Below, piece by piece: positions 50,524-59,656 of a DNA stretch of 59,745 nucleotides (the first letter of the stretch is position 1; every line of letters begins with the position of its first letter). The DNA is taken from IMG/VR virus record IMGVR_UViG_2061766007_000865; one strand, written 5' to 3'. The notes under the pieces are model-generated. The model was not told where the DNA came from. It made no database searches and was given only the letters and a program-made list of their open reading frames with translations. Both the position numbers and the translations under genes were made by a program. Source of the DNA: an uncultured virus (IMG/VR IMGVR_UViG_2061766007_000865) (lineage: Duplodnaviria; Heunggongvirae; Uroviricota; Caudoviricetes).

Positions 50524-51116
50524 TTTTTCTTCTTTTTAACCTTTCTGAAAGATTCCTTTGGGTCAAAACCATGAGAGATAATCTTTACCTCATTATCAAC
50601 CGTGCTATAACCCTTTGTATTACCAAAGACTTCCTTGAAAACCTTCTCTCTAGTCCTAGCAATACCCTTGATTGGAGCAGCAGATATAAATATATCGTCA
50701 AGAATTTTATTCAAAGCTTTTATAAAATTTTCTCTCATTGACATATCACCAATACATATATCCCAAGGTCTTGCATCAAATCCTATCTTAACATCATTAC
50801 AAGATATTGGATAGGTAATCACATAATATTTTGTAAATAGAGTTATACGTATTGTGTGAAACCAAATAGTTGCACTAACTGGAGTTTGTTCCTCATATTT
50901 TACCTTTTGTATTGACTCATAATAGAAGCCTAGTGGTGATTCTTTGACCACATCTTCAGATTTCTCCTTTATCTTGGTAATAGACATACCTTTTGGGAAT
51001 ATTATGCCACGATAAGTAGTCCAAGAAACCCTTGGTTTGCTATCAGCTTTGCTAATCTCACCATAAGCAACCTTGATATGATTTTTGTCAAATACTGTAA
51101 CTTCCATTAGAAACAA
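50520..51116 (-). CDS. hypothetical protein with C-terminal I.SHGFD...SFR motif
   Basis: C-terminal IISHGFDPKESFR. Confidence 0.7.
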   Translation of the reverse strand: MFLMEVTVFDKNHIKVAYGEISKADSKPRVSWTTYRGIIFPKGMSITKIKEKSEDVVKESPLGFYYESIQKVKYEEQTPVSATIWFHTIRITLFTKYYVITYPISCNDVKIGFDARPWDICIGDMSMRENFIKALNKILDDIFISAAPIKGIARTREKVFKEVFGNTKGYSTVDNEVKIISHGFDPKESFRKVKKKKK

Positions 51117-51289
51117 ATCTTTTTTAACATTAGATAATAAGCACTATGTTTGAATCTAATCCCATAGATTTCAACCCACCATGTTAAACGTTTATGATAA
51201 AATTCAATAGTTTTTTTTCTAGGATGTGTTATAACAGTCTTGCCAACTTCGAACAATCTGTTCTTGATAAATGACTTGGGTAGGTTCAT
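51107..51289 (-). CDS. small hypothetical protein; paralog fragment at ~48250-48390
   Basis: PK.FIKNRLFE.G.TVI...IEFY.K...WW motif present in both. Confidence 0.6.
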   Translation of the reverse strand: MNLPKSFIKNRLFEVGKTVITHPRKKTIEFYHKRLTWWVEIYGIRFKHSAYYLMLKKICF

Positions 51290-51504
51290 AGTGTTCGATG
51301 CAAAATTATGTTCTTAACTACAACAATAGGCCATAGAATGGTCATCATTGACAAAATAAAACTAACCATACCCCTTTCCTTCGGCTCTTCATTTCCAAGA
51401 CTCTCAACGTAACTCTTCTCGTAGTATTTCGTGAACCAGTACATTGAGAGCACAACGCCAATGCAGAAATACGAATAAGTGGCGATAAATTCGATAACTG
51501 TCAT
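51286..51504 (-). CDS. small membrane protein
   Basis: Two hydrophobic segments; ILWP motif. Confidence 0.6.
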   Translation of the reverse strand: MTVIEFIATYSYFCIGVVLSMYWFTKYYEKSYVESLGNEEPKERGMVSFILSMMTILWPIVVVKNIILHRTL

Positions 51505-51526
51505 ACTTTTATTTTTTTAAGTTATG

Positions 51527-51612
51527 CTCGCAGGGTGCGATTCGAACACACGGTAGCGCAAAGCTACGGCAGTTTTGGAGACTGCTGGGTTAAACCACTC
51601 CCCCACCTGCGA
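51527..51612 (-). tRNA. tRNA with Trp anticodon (CCA) on a long-variable-arm body
   Basis: GCAGT-CT-CCA-AA-ACTGC; variable arm GTAGC-TTTGC-GCTAC; G73. Confidence 0.8.
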
Positions 51613-51850
51613 ATGTATATCTACATTTCTAGATATTCTTTTAACTCTTCTTTGCTAGTTGGTAGGTCATAATACCTAAACCATTTTCTAATTGCGTTAT
51701 CAGAGATTATGATAATGCATATCTGAATGGATAATTACAATGCTCACACGCAAACACTTCACCTTCCTCGTCGATTGCCTTAGTGATGTCAATCTCATTG
51801 TCTTGACCACACTTTACACATTTCACATATTTCATATAGTATTTTTTTAA

Positions 51851-52132
51851 TTAATCCAAGTACTCATGCTCAAGAAGGTATTTCTCACCTTTCTTTGTTG
51901 CACGATATTTCACTCTCACCACCTTTCCATACTTCTTTCTATATTCTTCTGTGCGGAATGGGTGTCTATCAATCACCTTCTCAACAATATATCCATCCTT
52001 GAGTAATGTTTCAATAGAGAAACTGATACCATAATTGGATATTGTCTTGAGATATGGTAATTTACTTATTTCACTATATGTCATTGGTGTAGCATGGATG
52101 CTAGCCAATATTTTCTCTGTTATTTCTAACAT
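51851..52132 (-). CDS. winged-helix-like small protein
   Basis: MTYSEI...L.KDGYI...Y.ATKKG..YL pattern. Confidence 0.55.
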   Translation of the reverse strand: MLEITEKILASIHATPMTYSEISKLPYLKTISNYGISFSIETLLKDGYIVEKVIDRHPFRTEEYRKKYGKVVRVKYRATKKGEKYLLEHEYLD

Positions 52133-52397
52133 GCTATTCGTAGATTGTATTATTGTGATGCAAAGATACGAAAAAAATCTGAGATAACCAAATTTTTTAA
52201 GATTTATTAATCATCATCACAAAGAAGCGTAGCGGCAGCAACCCATGAACCAAATGAGAAGAATATTGTATGNNNNNNNNNNNNNNNCTTATTGGAGGAT
52301 TGCTATTCATTTATGTACATTACCAATGCTACTACACAACCGACAAAATACGTATACCATAAGAAATTCATAACATTAGTTTTATAATCTGACGCTG

Positions 52398-52469
52398 AGC
52401 CTTATGCCAGAGTTGAACTGACAACTAGCACTTTACGAAAGTGCTGCTCTACCATTGAGCTAATAAGGC
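52398..52469 (-). tRNA. tRNA-Thr(CGT)
   Basis: GCACT-TT-CGT-AA-AGTGC. Confidence 0.85.
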
Positions 52470-52476
52470 AAATTAG

Positions 52477-52564
52477 AGCCTTCGGTTGGATTCGAACCAA
52501 CGGTGGATTACTAGTCCACTCTCGCTTACAAGACGAGTCGTTTAAACCACTCACGCACGAAGGC
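52477..52564 (-). tRNA. tRNA-Thr(TGT) with long variable arm
   Basis: CTCGT-CT-TGT-AA-GCGAG; variable arm GTGGA-CTAGTAA-TCCAC. Confidence 0.8.
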
Positions 52565-52589
52565 GATTTTATTTGCTAAATACTCACTC

Positions 52590-53106
52590 TTATTGATAAT
52601 CACTATCTTGTATGATACCATACTTGTGGAAATACCTCAGTGGTCTCCACTTATGTCCATTCACATAAAAGCCCCACTTGTGCCTTGGTCTACCCTCGAA
52701 CATCAACGTCCAAGCTCCACCTTTCGGTATGTCAAGGTAATGCTGCTGTTCAGCCTTGGAAAACCATATTGACTTGTTCATATGTAAGAAATGACCCCAA
52801 GAGTTGAATATACCCTCCACGTGACATCTTCTCTCATTCTTCCAATATGGTCTCTCGTCATAACCCTCGTTCACGTTGAAGTTGGGGTCTTGATTAGGAA
52901 CTATTGGAACGACGTTATCNNNNNNNNNNNNNNNNNNNNNNNNNNNNNNNNNNNNNNNNNNNNNNNNNNNNNNNNNNNNNNNNNNCTTAATCCAGTGATG
53001 AATTCTGATTGAGAATCCGAAGATGATGAATGTCCACCTTATGAGGTATGGGTCATTCTCATATCCTAGTTTCTCTTTCCACCTTACTTGGAACTTTCCA
53101 AACTTA
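52590..53106 (-). CDS. hypothetical protein, gapped (RW...FSIRIHHW; WTLMF.GRP...WGFY)
   Basis: Coherent reading frame across gaps; start in gap. Confidence 0.55.
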
Positions 53107-53261
53107 NNNNNNNNNNNNNNNNNNNNNNNNNNNNNNNNNNNNNNNNNNNNNNNNNNNNNNNNNNNNNNNNNNNNNNNNNNNNNNNNNNNNNNNNNNNNNN
53201 NNNNNNNNNNNNNNNNNNNNNNNNNNNNNNNNNNNNNNNACTGAGCTATGGAGGCAAGAAA

Positions 53262-53393
53262 GGGTACATAAAACCAACATTTCAACCCCTCCAGTTTATT
53301 TAATTCTCTTTGCGGAGGGGGTGGGAATCGAACCCACGTTACACAAATTGACAGTCTGTTTGAAGTGTAAATTTATACTTGCTGTGTGTACCC
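53262..53393 (-). ncRNA. YrlA-like RNA: ACAGCA stem plus permuted tRNA domain
   Basis: GGGTACA/TGTACCC followed by CACAGCAA; ACAGA-CTGTCAA-TTTGT; T arm GTGGG-TTCGATT-CCCAC; loop-closed CCCCTCC/GGAGGGG. Confidence 0.7.
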
Positions 53394-53528
53394 ACTATTA
53401 AAATCCAAAGTAACCTTCCCTGATATTGAACCTTTGGCATACTATTACAGACTAGTATGTTCTGTTCTAGATTCTTCACCACATAGCACTATGTCTGTAC
53501 ATCTACCATGTGACTTCTCCTAGCATCG

Positions 53529-53600
53529 AGCCTCGTGTCGGACTCGAACCAACAACCTGCTCATTACAAGTGAGCTGCTCTACCATTGAGCTAACGAGGC
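53529..53600 (-). tRNA. tRNA-Thr(TGT)
   Basis: GCTCA-CT-TGT-AA-TGAGC; canonical cloverleaf. Confidence 0.9.
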
Positions 53601-54039
53601 ATGAGTATGCTACTCAAATCCCTTTGGGAACTCTTTCGCATATAATTCTTCTACGTATTCCGACCACTNNNNNNNNNNNNNNNNNNNNNNNNNNNNNNNN
53701 NNNNNNNNNNNNNNNNNNNNNNNNNNNNNNNNNNNNNNNNNNNNNNNNNNNNNNNNNNNNNNNNNNNNNNNNNNNNNNNNNNNNNNNNNNNNNNNNNNNN
53801 NNNNNNNNNNNNNNNGTGGATAGAATATCAACACATCATCTTCAAAACAATCGTACTTTGGGTCATCGTTGAAACGAATGTTTATCTTCTGTACAATTCC
53901 TGGAAGGAAGTTACAAGTCTCTACCCAATCACCGACCTTATAGTCAACATGTGACNNNNNNNNNNNNNNNNNNNNNNNNNNNNNNNNNNNNNNNNNNNNN
54001 NNNNNNNNNNNNNNNNNNNNNNNNNNNNNNNNNNNNNNN

Positions 54040-54078
54040 ATTAAGAGTCTGGTGCATGAACCCTTCTGCCATAGGAGC
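54040..54078 (-). tRNA. tRNA-Lys(CTT), 5' part only
   Basis: CCAGA-CT-CTT-AA followed by an N-gap. Confidence 0.5.
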
Positions 54079-54090
54079 ATATGAAAATTG

Positions 54091-54180
54091 TCCTCCGTGT
54101 TGGAGTCGAACCAACCACACCTAGTTTAAAAGACTAGTGTTCTCGTCTCTTTCGAGCACTCACCGATGAACTAACGGAGG
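54091..54180 (-). tRNA. tRNA-Lys(TTT) with a hairpin inserted in the D loop
   Basis: CTAGT-CT-TTT-AA-ACTAG; D loop contains CTC-GAAA-GAG. Confidence 0.75.
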
Positions 54181-54193
54181 TTAGAAAAATCAG

Positions 54194-54267
54194 TGCGCCC
54201 AGAGGGACTCGAACCCTCGACCCCATGATTAAAAGTCATGTGCATCTACCAACTGAGCTATGGGCGC
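54194..54267 (-). tRNA. tRNA-Lys(TTT)
   Basis: CATGA-CT-TTT-AA-TCATG. Confidence 0.9.
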
Positions 54268-54300
54268 AAATTGCATGTAAGATACATACGTATATTAGTG

Positions 54301-54373
54301 TGCGCCTGAAGGGATTCGAACCCTTGACCCCATGTTTAAGAGACACGTGCTCTACCAGCTAAGCTACAAGCGC
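54301..54373 (-). tRNA. tRNA-Lys(CTT)
   Basis: CGTGT-CT-CTT-AA-ACATG. Confidence 0.9.
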
Positions 54374-54485
54374 ATTTGTTGTATCCTTCCTATGACGCTC
54401 GGAGCTTCAACCTAGTTGACCAGCTGATTGAGCGTCACTTTCGTTTCTGACGTTTATAAACCATTACAGTTCTCATATGCTATTT

Positions 54486-54740
54486 TTATTTATTCCAATT
54501 TTTTGTTATATAATTTGCGTAGTGCTCATATTGATTCATGTAGCAACTACTAGTCTTTCTATCATTCTCTTTACACTCAAACAGGAGCTTGAATATCCTG
54601 TACAGAACCTCGTTAGAGGGTAAATCCTTGTTCGGATTGTCCTTCTGGAATTCTACAAGGGCTGCTTTTCTGCCCTCTTCAAACCCAATTCTATGACCCT
54701 TAACAAGTCCGTTAGCGTATGTCTCATCACGTCTACCCAT
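54486..54740 (-). CDS. hypothetical protein
   Basis: 84-aa ORF in operon. Confidence 0.6.
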   Translation of the reverse strand: MGRRDETYANGLVKGHRIGFEEGRKAALVEFQKDNPNKDLPSNEVLYRIFKLLFECKENDRKTSSCYMNQYEHYANYITKNWNK

Positions 54741-54741
54741 C

Positions 54742-54987
54742 TTATCTAATTTCGATTAATGTATTATTCTCGTTTGCCTTGCGTATCCACCTCATAAGAA
54801 GAAGTGCCTTCTCAGTTGGTTTAAATGCAGCCGTCTCTCCCACATCATGCTTATCTGATAGGTCAATCTCAAGCTGATACTTCTTGTCATCAGTTGATGT
54901 GATGTGGTATACTGCAATTCCTCCAGACATGATATACTGAAGCTGTGCTATACCTTTTACAATCGGTTTAATATCTTGTACAATCAT
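54742..54987 (-). CDS. hypothetical protein
   Basis: 81-aa ORF in operon. Confidence 0.65.
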   Translation of the reverse strand: MIVQDIKPIVKGIAQLQYIMSGGIAVYHITSTDDKKYQLEIDLSDKHDVGETAAFKPTEKALLLMRWIRKANENNTLIEIR

Positions 54988-55220
54988 TGTTTTTGTTTCT
55001 TTTGATAGTCCTTATAATTCTTTGTTCCCCATATGATAACCCAAATTGCAACTAAGACATTTATTGTTCCCAATATAATTTGTTTACCAATATATAAGTT
55101 AACACTAGTTATTAAACTTAATAATGCAATAACATACCATGCAATAGATACTATTAACTTGTTCCTATGCCATGTTAATAATAAGAATGGCAGCATTACA
55201 ATACAAATGATATTTTCCAT
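54984..55220 (-). CDS. small membrane protein
   Basis: Three hydrophobic segments. Confidence 0.55.
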   Translation of the reverse strand: MENIICIVMLPFLLLTWHRNKLIVSIAWYVIALLSLITSVNLYIGKQIILGTINVLVAIWVIIWGTKNYKDYQKKQKQ

Positions 55221-55241
55221 ATAACATCTTTAATTTCTATG

Positions 55242-55325
55242 CGGAGAGAGGTGGATGCGAACCACATGCCGTTAAGCACCATCTTCTTAGCAGGAAGTGA
55301 CCTATCCCCTAGGTTTCTCCTCTCC
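55242..55325 (-). tRNA. tRNA-Ser(GCT), atypical D arm
   Basis: CTTC-CT-GCT-AA-GAAG; long variable arm; GGAGAG acceptor; G73. Confidence 0.7.
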
Positions 55326-55451
55326 ATTGAATCAATTCTTTACATTCCACTATCTTGTACAACTGTAATGTTTCGCCTTGATGATTGATACCGCATATAG
55401 GTATGCTACTAACATTCGTTGCCTACAATAACTTCTCTAGGTTGGTGTCTC

Positions 55452-55724
55452 CTAGTGTGTCCTTCTAGAACGATTATATATTATACTCCTTACATTTTTG
55501 TAATGTATTTTGTATCTATCATAATGTTCACCAAATTTTCCATCTTTCCAAGTATGATATGTGCCACTGAAAATGAAATATTCACCTCTAAACTCCATTT
55601 CTATATTATGACACAAATGATGATAATCTTTTGGTTTCTTGCAGTCATAAATTTCGAAGTATCTAACTTCAATTGGTTGATTGTTTCTTAACCATTCAAA
55701 TTGTTTTTTAGTCATTTCTATCAA
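55452..55724 (-). CDS. hypothetical protein
   Basis: ~90-aa ORF. Confidence 0.55.
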   Translation of the reverse strand: MIEMTKKQFEWLRNNQPIEVRYFEIYDCKKPKDYHHLCHNIEMEFRGEYFIFSGTYHTWKDGKFGEHYDRYKIHYKNVRSIIYNRSRRTH

Positions 55725-55743
55725 CCGCCACCAACTATATTTA

Positions 55744-56133
55744 TTACACCCCTAATGTTGGAAGGGTAGCTTTTCTAATCATTGTTGGTAATAGTTCTCC
55801 ACAAGAAACAAAACCAAACTTACTATAGAATCTCTTCAAGTCACTAACACTTCTATGCTTTGTGTCACAATTGCCTCTTGGCATTGGATGGCATAACAAA
55901 TACATGTTGTGCTCTGGATATAGTTCTATCGCTTTACGAATAAGAGCAGTTCCAATACCTTTGTTGGTATGCTCACTAGATGTCTCAAGACGAACAACCT
56001 TTAACAACTTATTGCCATTACACTTGTCCTTATATCTGTCATATTCAATATCCTCGGACAAAACAATTGCCCCTAAATAAACATCATTTTCATATGCAAA
56101 AATACTATTGCAAGATTTTCTAAATGTTATCAT
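55744..56133 (-). CDS. GNAT family acetyltransferase
   Basis: NKGIGTALI motif A and FYSKFGF; start moved to MITF because the track N-terminus overlaps tRNAs. Confidence 0.75.
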   Translation of the reverse strand: MITFRKSCNSIFAYENDVYLGAIVLSEDIEYDRYKDKCNGNKLLKVVRLETSSEHTNKGIGTALIRKAIELYPEHNMYLLCHPMPRGNCDTKHRSVSDLKRFYSKFGFVSCGELLPTMIRKATLPTLGV

Positions 56134-56159
56134 TATTCTCAATTTATGAGTTAAACTTG

Positions 56160-56250
56160 CGGAGGTGGAGGGATTCGAACCCCCATGCCGACTCATCACC
56201 GACCTAACGGCTTTCAAGGCCGTCCTCTTCACCAATTTGAGTACGCCTCC
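56160..56250 (-). tRNA. tRNA-Ser(TGA)
   Basis: ACGGC-CT-TGA-AA-GCCGT; long variable arm. Confidence 0.9.
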
Positions 56251-56259
56251 ATATCTTAG

Positions 56260-56332
56260 TGGACCATATGGGACTCGAACCCCTACTCCAGCTTGCAAAG
56301 CTAGCGTGTTAGCCAATTACACTATACAGCCC
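56260..56332 (-). tRNA. tRNA-Ala(TGC), divergent
   Basis: CTAGC-TT-TGC-AA-GCTGG; G3.U70. Confidence 0.75.
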
Positions 56333-56461
56333 AAAACGGCACTTGCTCCTTTTCGTGGGTATAGTACCAATGCAACGGCTAGGAAATCACATTTATAATG
56401 TAGGAAACACTAGCAGAGACTTTATAAGTTTCTTTTCCAATAACTCACGTCTGGGATATTT

Positions 56462-57232
56462 TTATAAATTATTTATATATTCAACCAAATCTTTTTTTCT
56501 CCAAGGGAGATTGTTTTTGCAACACCATTTTTTTATTGCATTATCAGACACTCCGTAATATTTTCCAACTTTAATAAAAGAGCCATATATTCTGAACTTA
56601 TCAATAAAATCTTCTATGTTAATTTTTCTTGTTATATTTTTGTTAGTTGCTTCGTTATACTCAACCCCATTTTTTTTGAGAAAAGTTTTGATAACTTTAA
56701 CACTTACATTATACTTTTTGGCAATATCTTTTTTAGATATTTTCTTATCAATGTCATTAACAATTTCAGATAAAATAAGCTTCTCTTTTAACAATTTCCT
56801 ACTTTGTAATCTTTTATTTTTTGCGTTATTATTAAAAAATACTATTTCATTTTCAATTTTCTTTTCATCCCTTTCTAATATTTTCCTTTCTCTTTCTTCA
56901 GCGTGAATTTCCCTATGACAATTTGCACATACCATTATACATTTATCTGCTTCAGCCTTCAATTTTTCTAAACTTCTTGTATCTCCACAAGAAAGCCCAA
57001 AATCCTTTTCATCTGGATTCAAATGATGAAACTCTAAAGCATCAATGCATTTGTCATATCCACACCTTTCGCATTTACCGCCTTTATATTCTACTAATTT
57101 AATCTTATTCCTACGCCTTGTATCGATTACAGCGTCTTTCCTACATTCCTTACATCTATATGTCCCACTTGTAAGCAAAATGTGCTCCGTTAGTCCGTGC
57201 CTAGGACATTCTTTGATAATTGTTTTATTCAT
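56462..57232 (-). CDS. HNH homing endonuclease with C-terminal HTH domains
   Basis: CERCGY...LEFHH...CANCHREIH; AT-rich insertion within the tRNA cluster. Confidence 0.85.
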   Translation of the reverse strand: MNKTIIKECPRHGLTEHILLTSGTYRCKECRKDAVIDTRRRNKIKLVEYKGGKCERCGYDKCIDALEFHHLNPDEKDFGLSCGDTRSLEKLKAEADKCIMVCANCHREIHAEERERKILERDEKKIENEIVFFNNNAKNKRLQSRKLLKEKLILSEIVNDIDKKISKKDIAKKYNVSVKVIKTFLKKNGVEYNEATNKNITRKINIEDFIDKFRIYGSFIKVGKYYGVSDNAIKKWCCKNNLPWRKKDLVEYINNL

Positions 57233-57303
57233 AATAAAAATACTCTTTATTATAAATATAACAAAAACCTTTAAATTAACAATAGTTGTTAATCATTTTT
57301 TTG

Positions 57304-57393
57304 CGTTTGGGGTAGGATTCGAACCTACGGTAAGCCTTTTGAACCTACGGCAAGTTAACAGCTTGCTGCATTTAGCCACTCTGCCACCCAAAC
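57304..57393 (-). tRNA. tRNA-Asn(GTT) with long variable arm
   Basis: GCAAG-CT-GTT-AA-CTTGC; ~21-nt variable region; G73. Confidence 0.8.
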
Positions 57394-57432
57394 TTTTTTG
57401 CTCTGCCTCTGAGCTACGTTCCAGTATGTTTG

Positions 57433-57505
57433 TGGAGCAGAAGAGAATCGAACTCTCCCAGAAACCTTGCAAGGGTCCCTCGCCAGCCTTGGAACATGCC
57501 ACCCC
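57433..57505 (-). tRNA. tRNA-Ala(TGC), divergent
   Basis: GGACC-CT-TGC-AA-GGTTT; G3.U70. Confidence 0.65.
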
Positions 57506-57615
57506 AAATGCGACCACGCAATTTAATTTTCCACAGAGTCGTGACCTAGCTCTGAAACCTTTTAAGCTTGGCATCCTATTTCAACCGATATCAAATCTAG
57601 TAGGACAAGCTTTTG

Positions 57616-57694
57616 TACATGGGGTAGGATTCGAACCTACGTGTGGGATGCTAGTTTGTAATACTAGTTGCTTCAACCACTTGCATACCCATGC
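57616..57694 (-). tRNA. tRNA-Val(TAC) with class-II-like D arm and enlarged variable loop
   Basis: CTAGT-AT-TAC-AA-ACTAG. Confidence 0.75.
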
Positions 57695-57800
57695 ATTCGC
57701 CCCTAATGTCCTATTTTATAACCTCCCTAGGGAAGGAGATAACCGTATTAAGGAACGGTGTGCCACTTGCGCTTGGTGGTGGCGACGTTATAAACCTTTG

Positions 57801-57873
57801 TGTGAGAAGATGGAATCGAACCACCGTTGTCGTAGGGCTTCAACCTACCGCTAAACCTCTCAGCTACTCCCAC
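57801..57873 (-). tRNA. tRNA-Phe(GAA)
   Basis: GTAGG-TT-GAA-GC-CCTAC. Confidence 0.8.
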
Positions 57874-58003
57874 ATATAAAGTTGGAACTCTTGCAAGATA
57901 CATAGTCTTATCTCAGCACCTTTAAGCTTCGGAATATCCGCATCGTGTCGATTCACTTCTAAATTCTACCTCCAACTATATAAGTTCCAACTTTTTTTAA
58001 TTG

Positions 58004-58077
58004 CAGTGACGATGGGACTTGAACCCACGACCCCTAGTGTGACAGACTAGTACTCTAACCAACTGAGCTACGCCACT
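58004..58077 (-). tRNA. tRNA-Asp(GTC)
   Basis: CTAGT-CT-GTC-AC-ACTAG; canonical. Confidence 0.9.
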
Positions 58078-58197
58078 ATGTTGTAGATGCAGCAAGATTC
58101 GAACCTCCGTTTTTTACCATCGTCTCAGATGGTCACTCCCCAAAAGAGTCTTTACACGCATCCATTTACTTTCTTCATACATTTTTTGAAATTTTTG

Positions 58198-58272
58198 TTG
58201 GACGAGGGTCATCGAAGACACCGCCTACAGTTTTTCAGACTGTCGAACAACAACCACCTATTCTATCGTCCA
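58198..58272 (-). tRNA. tRNA-Phe(GAA)-like, degenerate T arm
   Basis: ACAGT-CT-GAA-AA-ACTGT. Confidence 0.55.
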
Positions 58273-58423
58273 ATATACAAGTCAAAAGGTGCTGTGTTGA
58301 GGTCGTAAATTCTCACCCTCTGTGTATCTAGCCCATCGCTCACCACAACTGCTAGCAGGGTACGATTTTCCACATTTAATCTACTTTGGCGCATTTCGAA
58401 CTACGCTTTTTCAAACACCTTTG

Positions 58424-58513
58424 CAGCCCCTATGGGATTCGAACCCACCTGTTTCGCAATTAGCTTTCTCTTGAGTGACAGTCAAGCGTCCACACCAAGC
58501 AGACCCAGAGGCT
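58424..58513 (-). tRNA. tRNA-Asp(GTC) with long variable region
   Basis: CTTGA-CT-GTC-AC-TCAAG. Confidence 0.75.
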
Positions 58514-58552
58514 ATTATTTAGTTTATAAATTAAAATTTACAGTTGTCGTGT

Positions 58553-58852
58553 TTATACGTCTTTATCCTTGAATCCAAATTCATTAAGAAACTTCTTGAA
58601 GTCATTCTCTTCCTCTACGAACTTCCTATTTGTTACATCTGTGCTTCCACTAGTCTTATCGACTACAAGCTCCTCTACGACCTCGAAATGAAGCAAGAAA
58701 TCCTCTGTCTTGATGCCAATGGAATCAACTATCCAATAGTGCGGATTCACCATATTAGCAAGGTATGTTTCCCCCTCTCTGAATGTGAGGTTGTGAGCCT
58801 CAAGTCTCTCTATACATACTGCTACTTTCATTTCGATTATTTTTTTTTGCAA
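58553..58852 (-). CDS. hypothetical protein
   Basis: ~92-99-aa ORF downstream of the promoter at 58848; start probably MKVAV. Confidence 0.6.
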   Translation of the reverse strand: MQKKIIEMKVAVCIERLEAHNLTFREGETYLANMVNPHYWIVDSIGIKTEDFLLHFEVVEELVVDKTSGSTDVTNRKFVEEENDFKKFLNEFGFKDKDV

Positions 58853-59321
58853 AGATACTAATTTTTTTTTTATTGACCAAATTTTTGGTGTTAAAGAATC
58901 TTAAGCACAAAAAAAAAGCTGCTGATTACTTTTTTTAGGAGTTCTCAACAGCTGGGAAAATATATAGTGAAGTAAGTGCCTAGTTTTCTTACATCTTATA
59001 TCACNNNNNNNNNNNNNNNNNNNNNNNNNNNNNNNNNNNNNNNNNNNNNNNNNNNNNNNNNNNNNNNNNNNNNNNNNNNNNNNNNNNNNNNNNNNNNNNN
59101 NNNNNNNNNNNNNNNNNNNNNNNNNNNNNNNNNNNNNNNNNNNNNNNNNNNNNNNNNNNNNNNNNNNNNNNNNNNNNNNNNNNNNNNNNNNNNNNNNNNN
59201 NNNNNNNNNNNNNNNNNNNNNNNNNNNNNNNNNNNNNNNNNNNNNNNNNNNNNNNNNNNNNNNNNNNNNNNNNNNNNNNNNNNNNNNNNNNNNNNNNNNN
59301 NNNNNNNNNNNNNNNNNNNNN

Positions 59322-59577
59322 ACAATGCAAATCTGTTGTATGGGTGTTCCAATACACCCTTTATGGACTTAAGTCCGTACCAATTCTGTGCAGTGTATAA
59401 ATCGTGTCTTACCTTATAAGGAATAAGAGGTATAATCCATAACCATTTCCAAAATCTCCAGTCACCTTTCTTATATTTTTTAGTCATCTCCACTTCAGTC
59501 ACTGGACTAAAAGACACCCTAACAATTGCTTTGTATTTTGCGTTGCCTTCAAGTTCGAAATTGCTATAATCACTCAT
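59322..59577 (-). CDS. hypothetical protein, 3' part in N-gap
   Basis: ORF downstream of the promoter at 59602. Confidence 0.55.
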
Positions 59578-59656
59578 TATTCACTTATTTAAGTTTCACA
59601 ATGCAAAGATATATAAAAAATTCGAGAAATCCAAATTTCTAGCAAACTTTTTTATG

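Noticed and set aside
45017..58308. Short plus- and minus-strand ORFs overlapping tRNA, tmRNA and large-RNA genes (for example 45017, 46726, 48070, 49068, 57045, 57293)
   Set aside because: They are shadows of structured RNA genes with no protein motifs.
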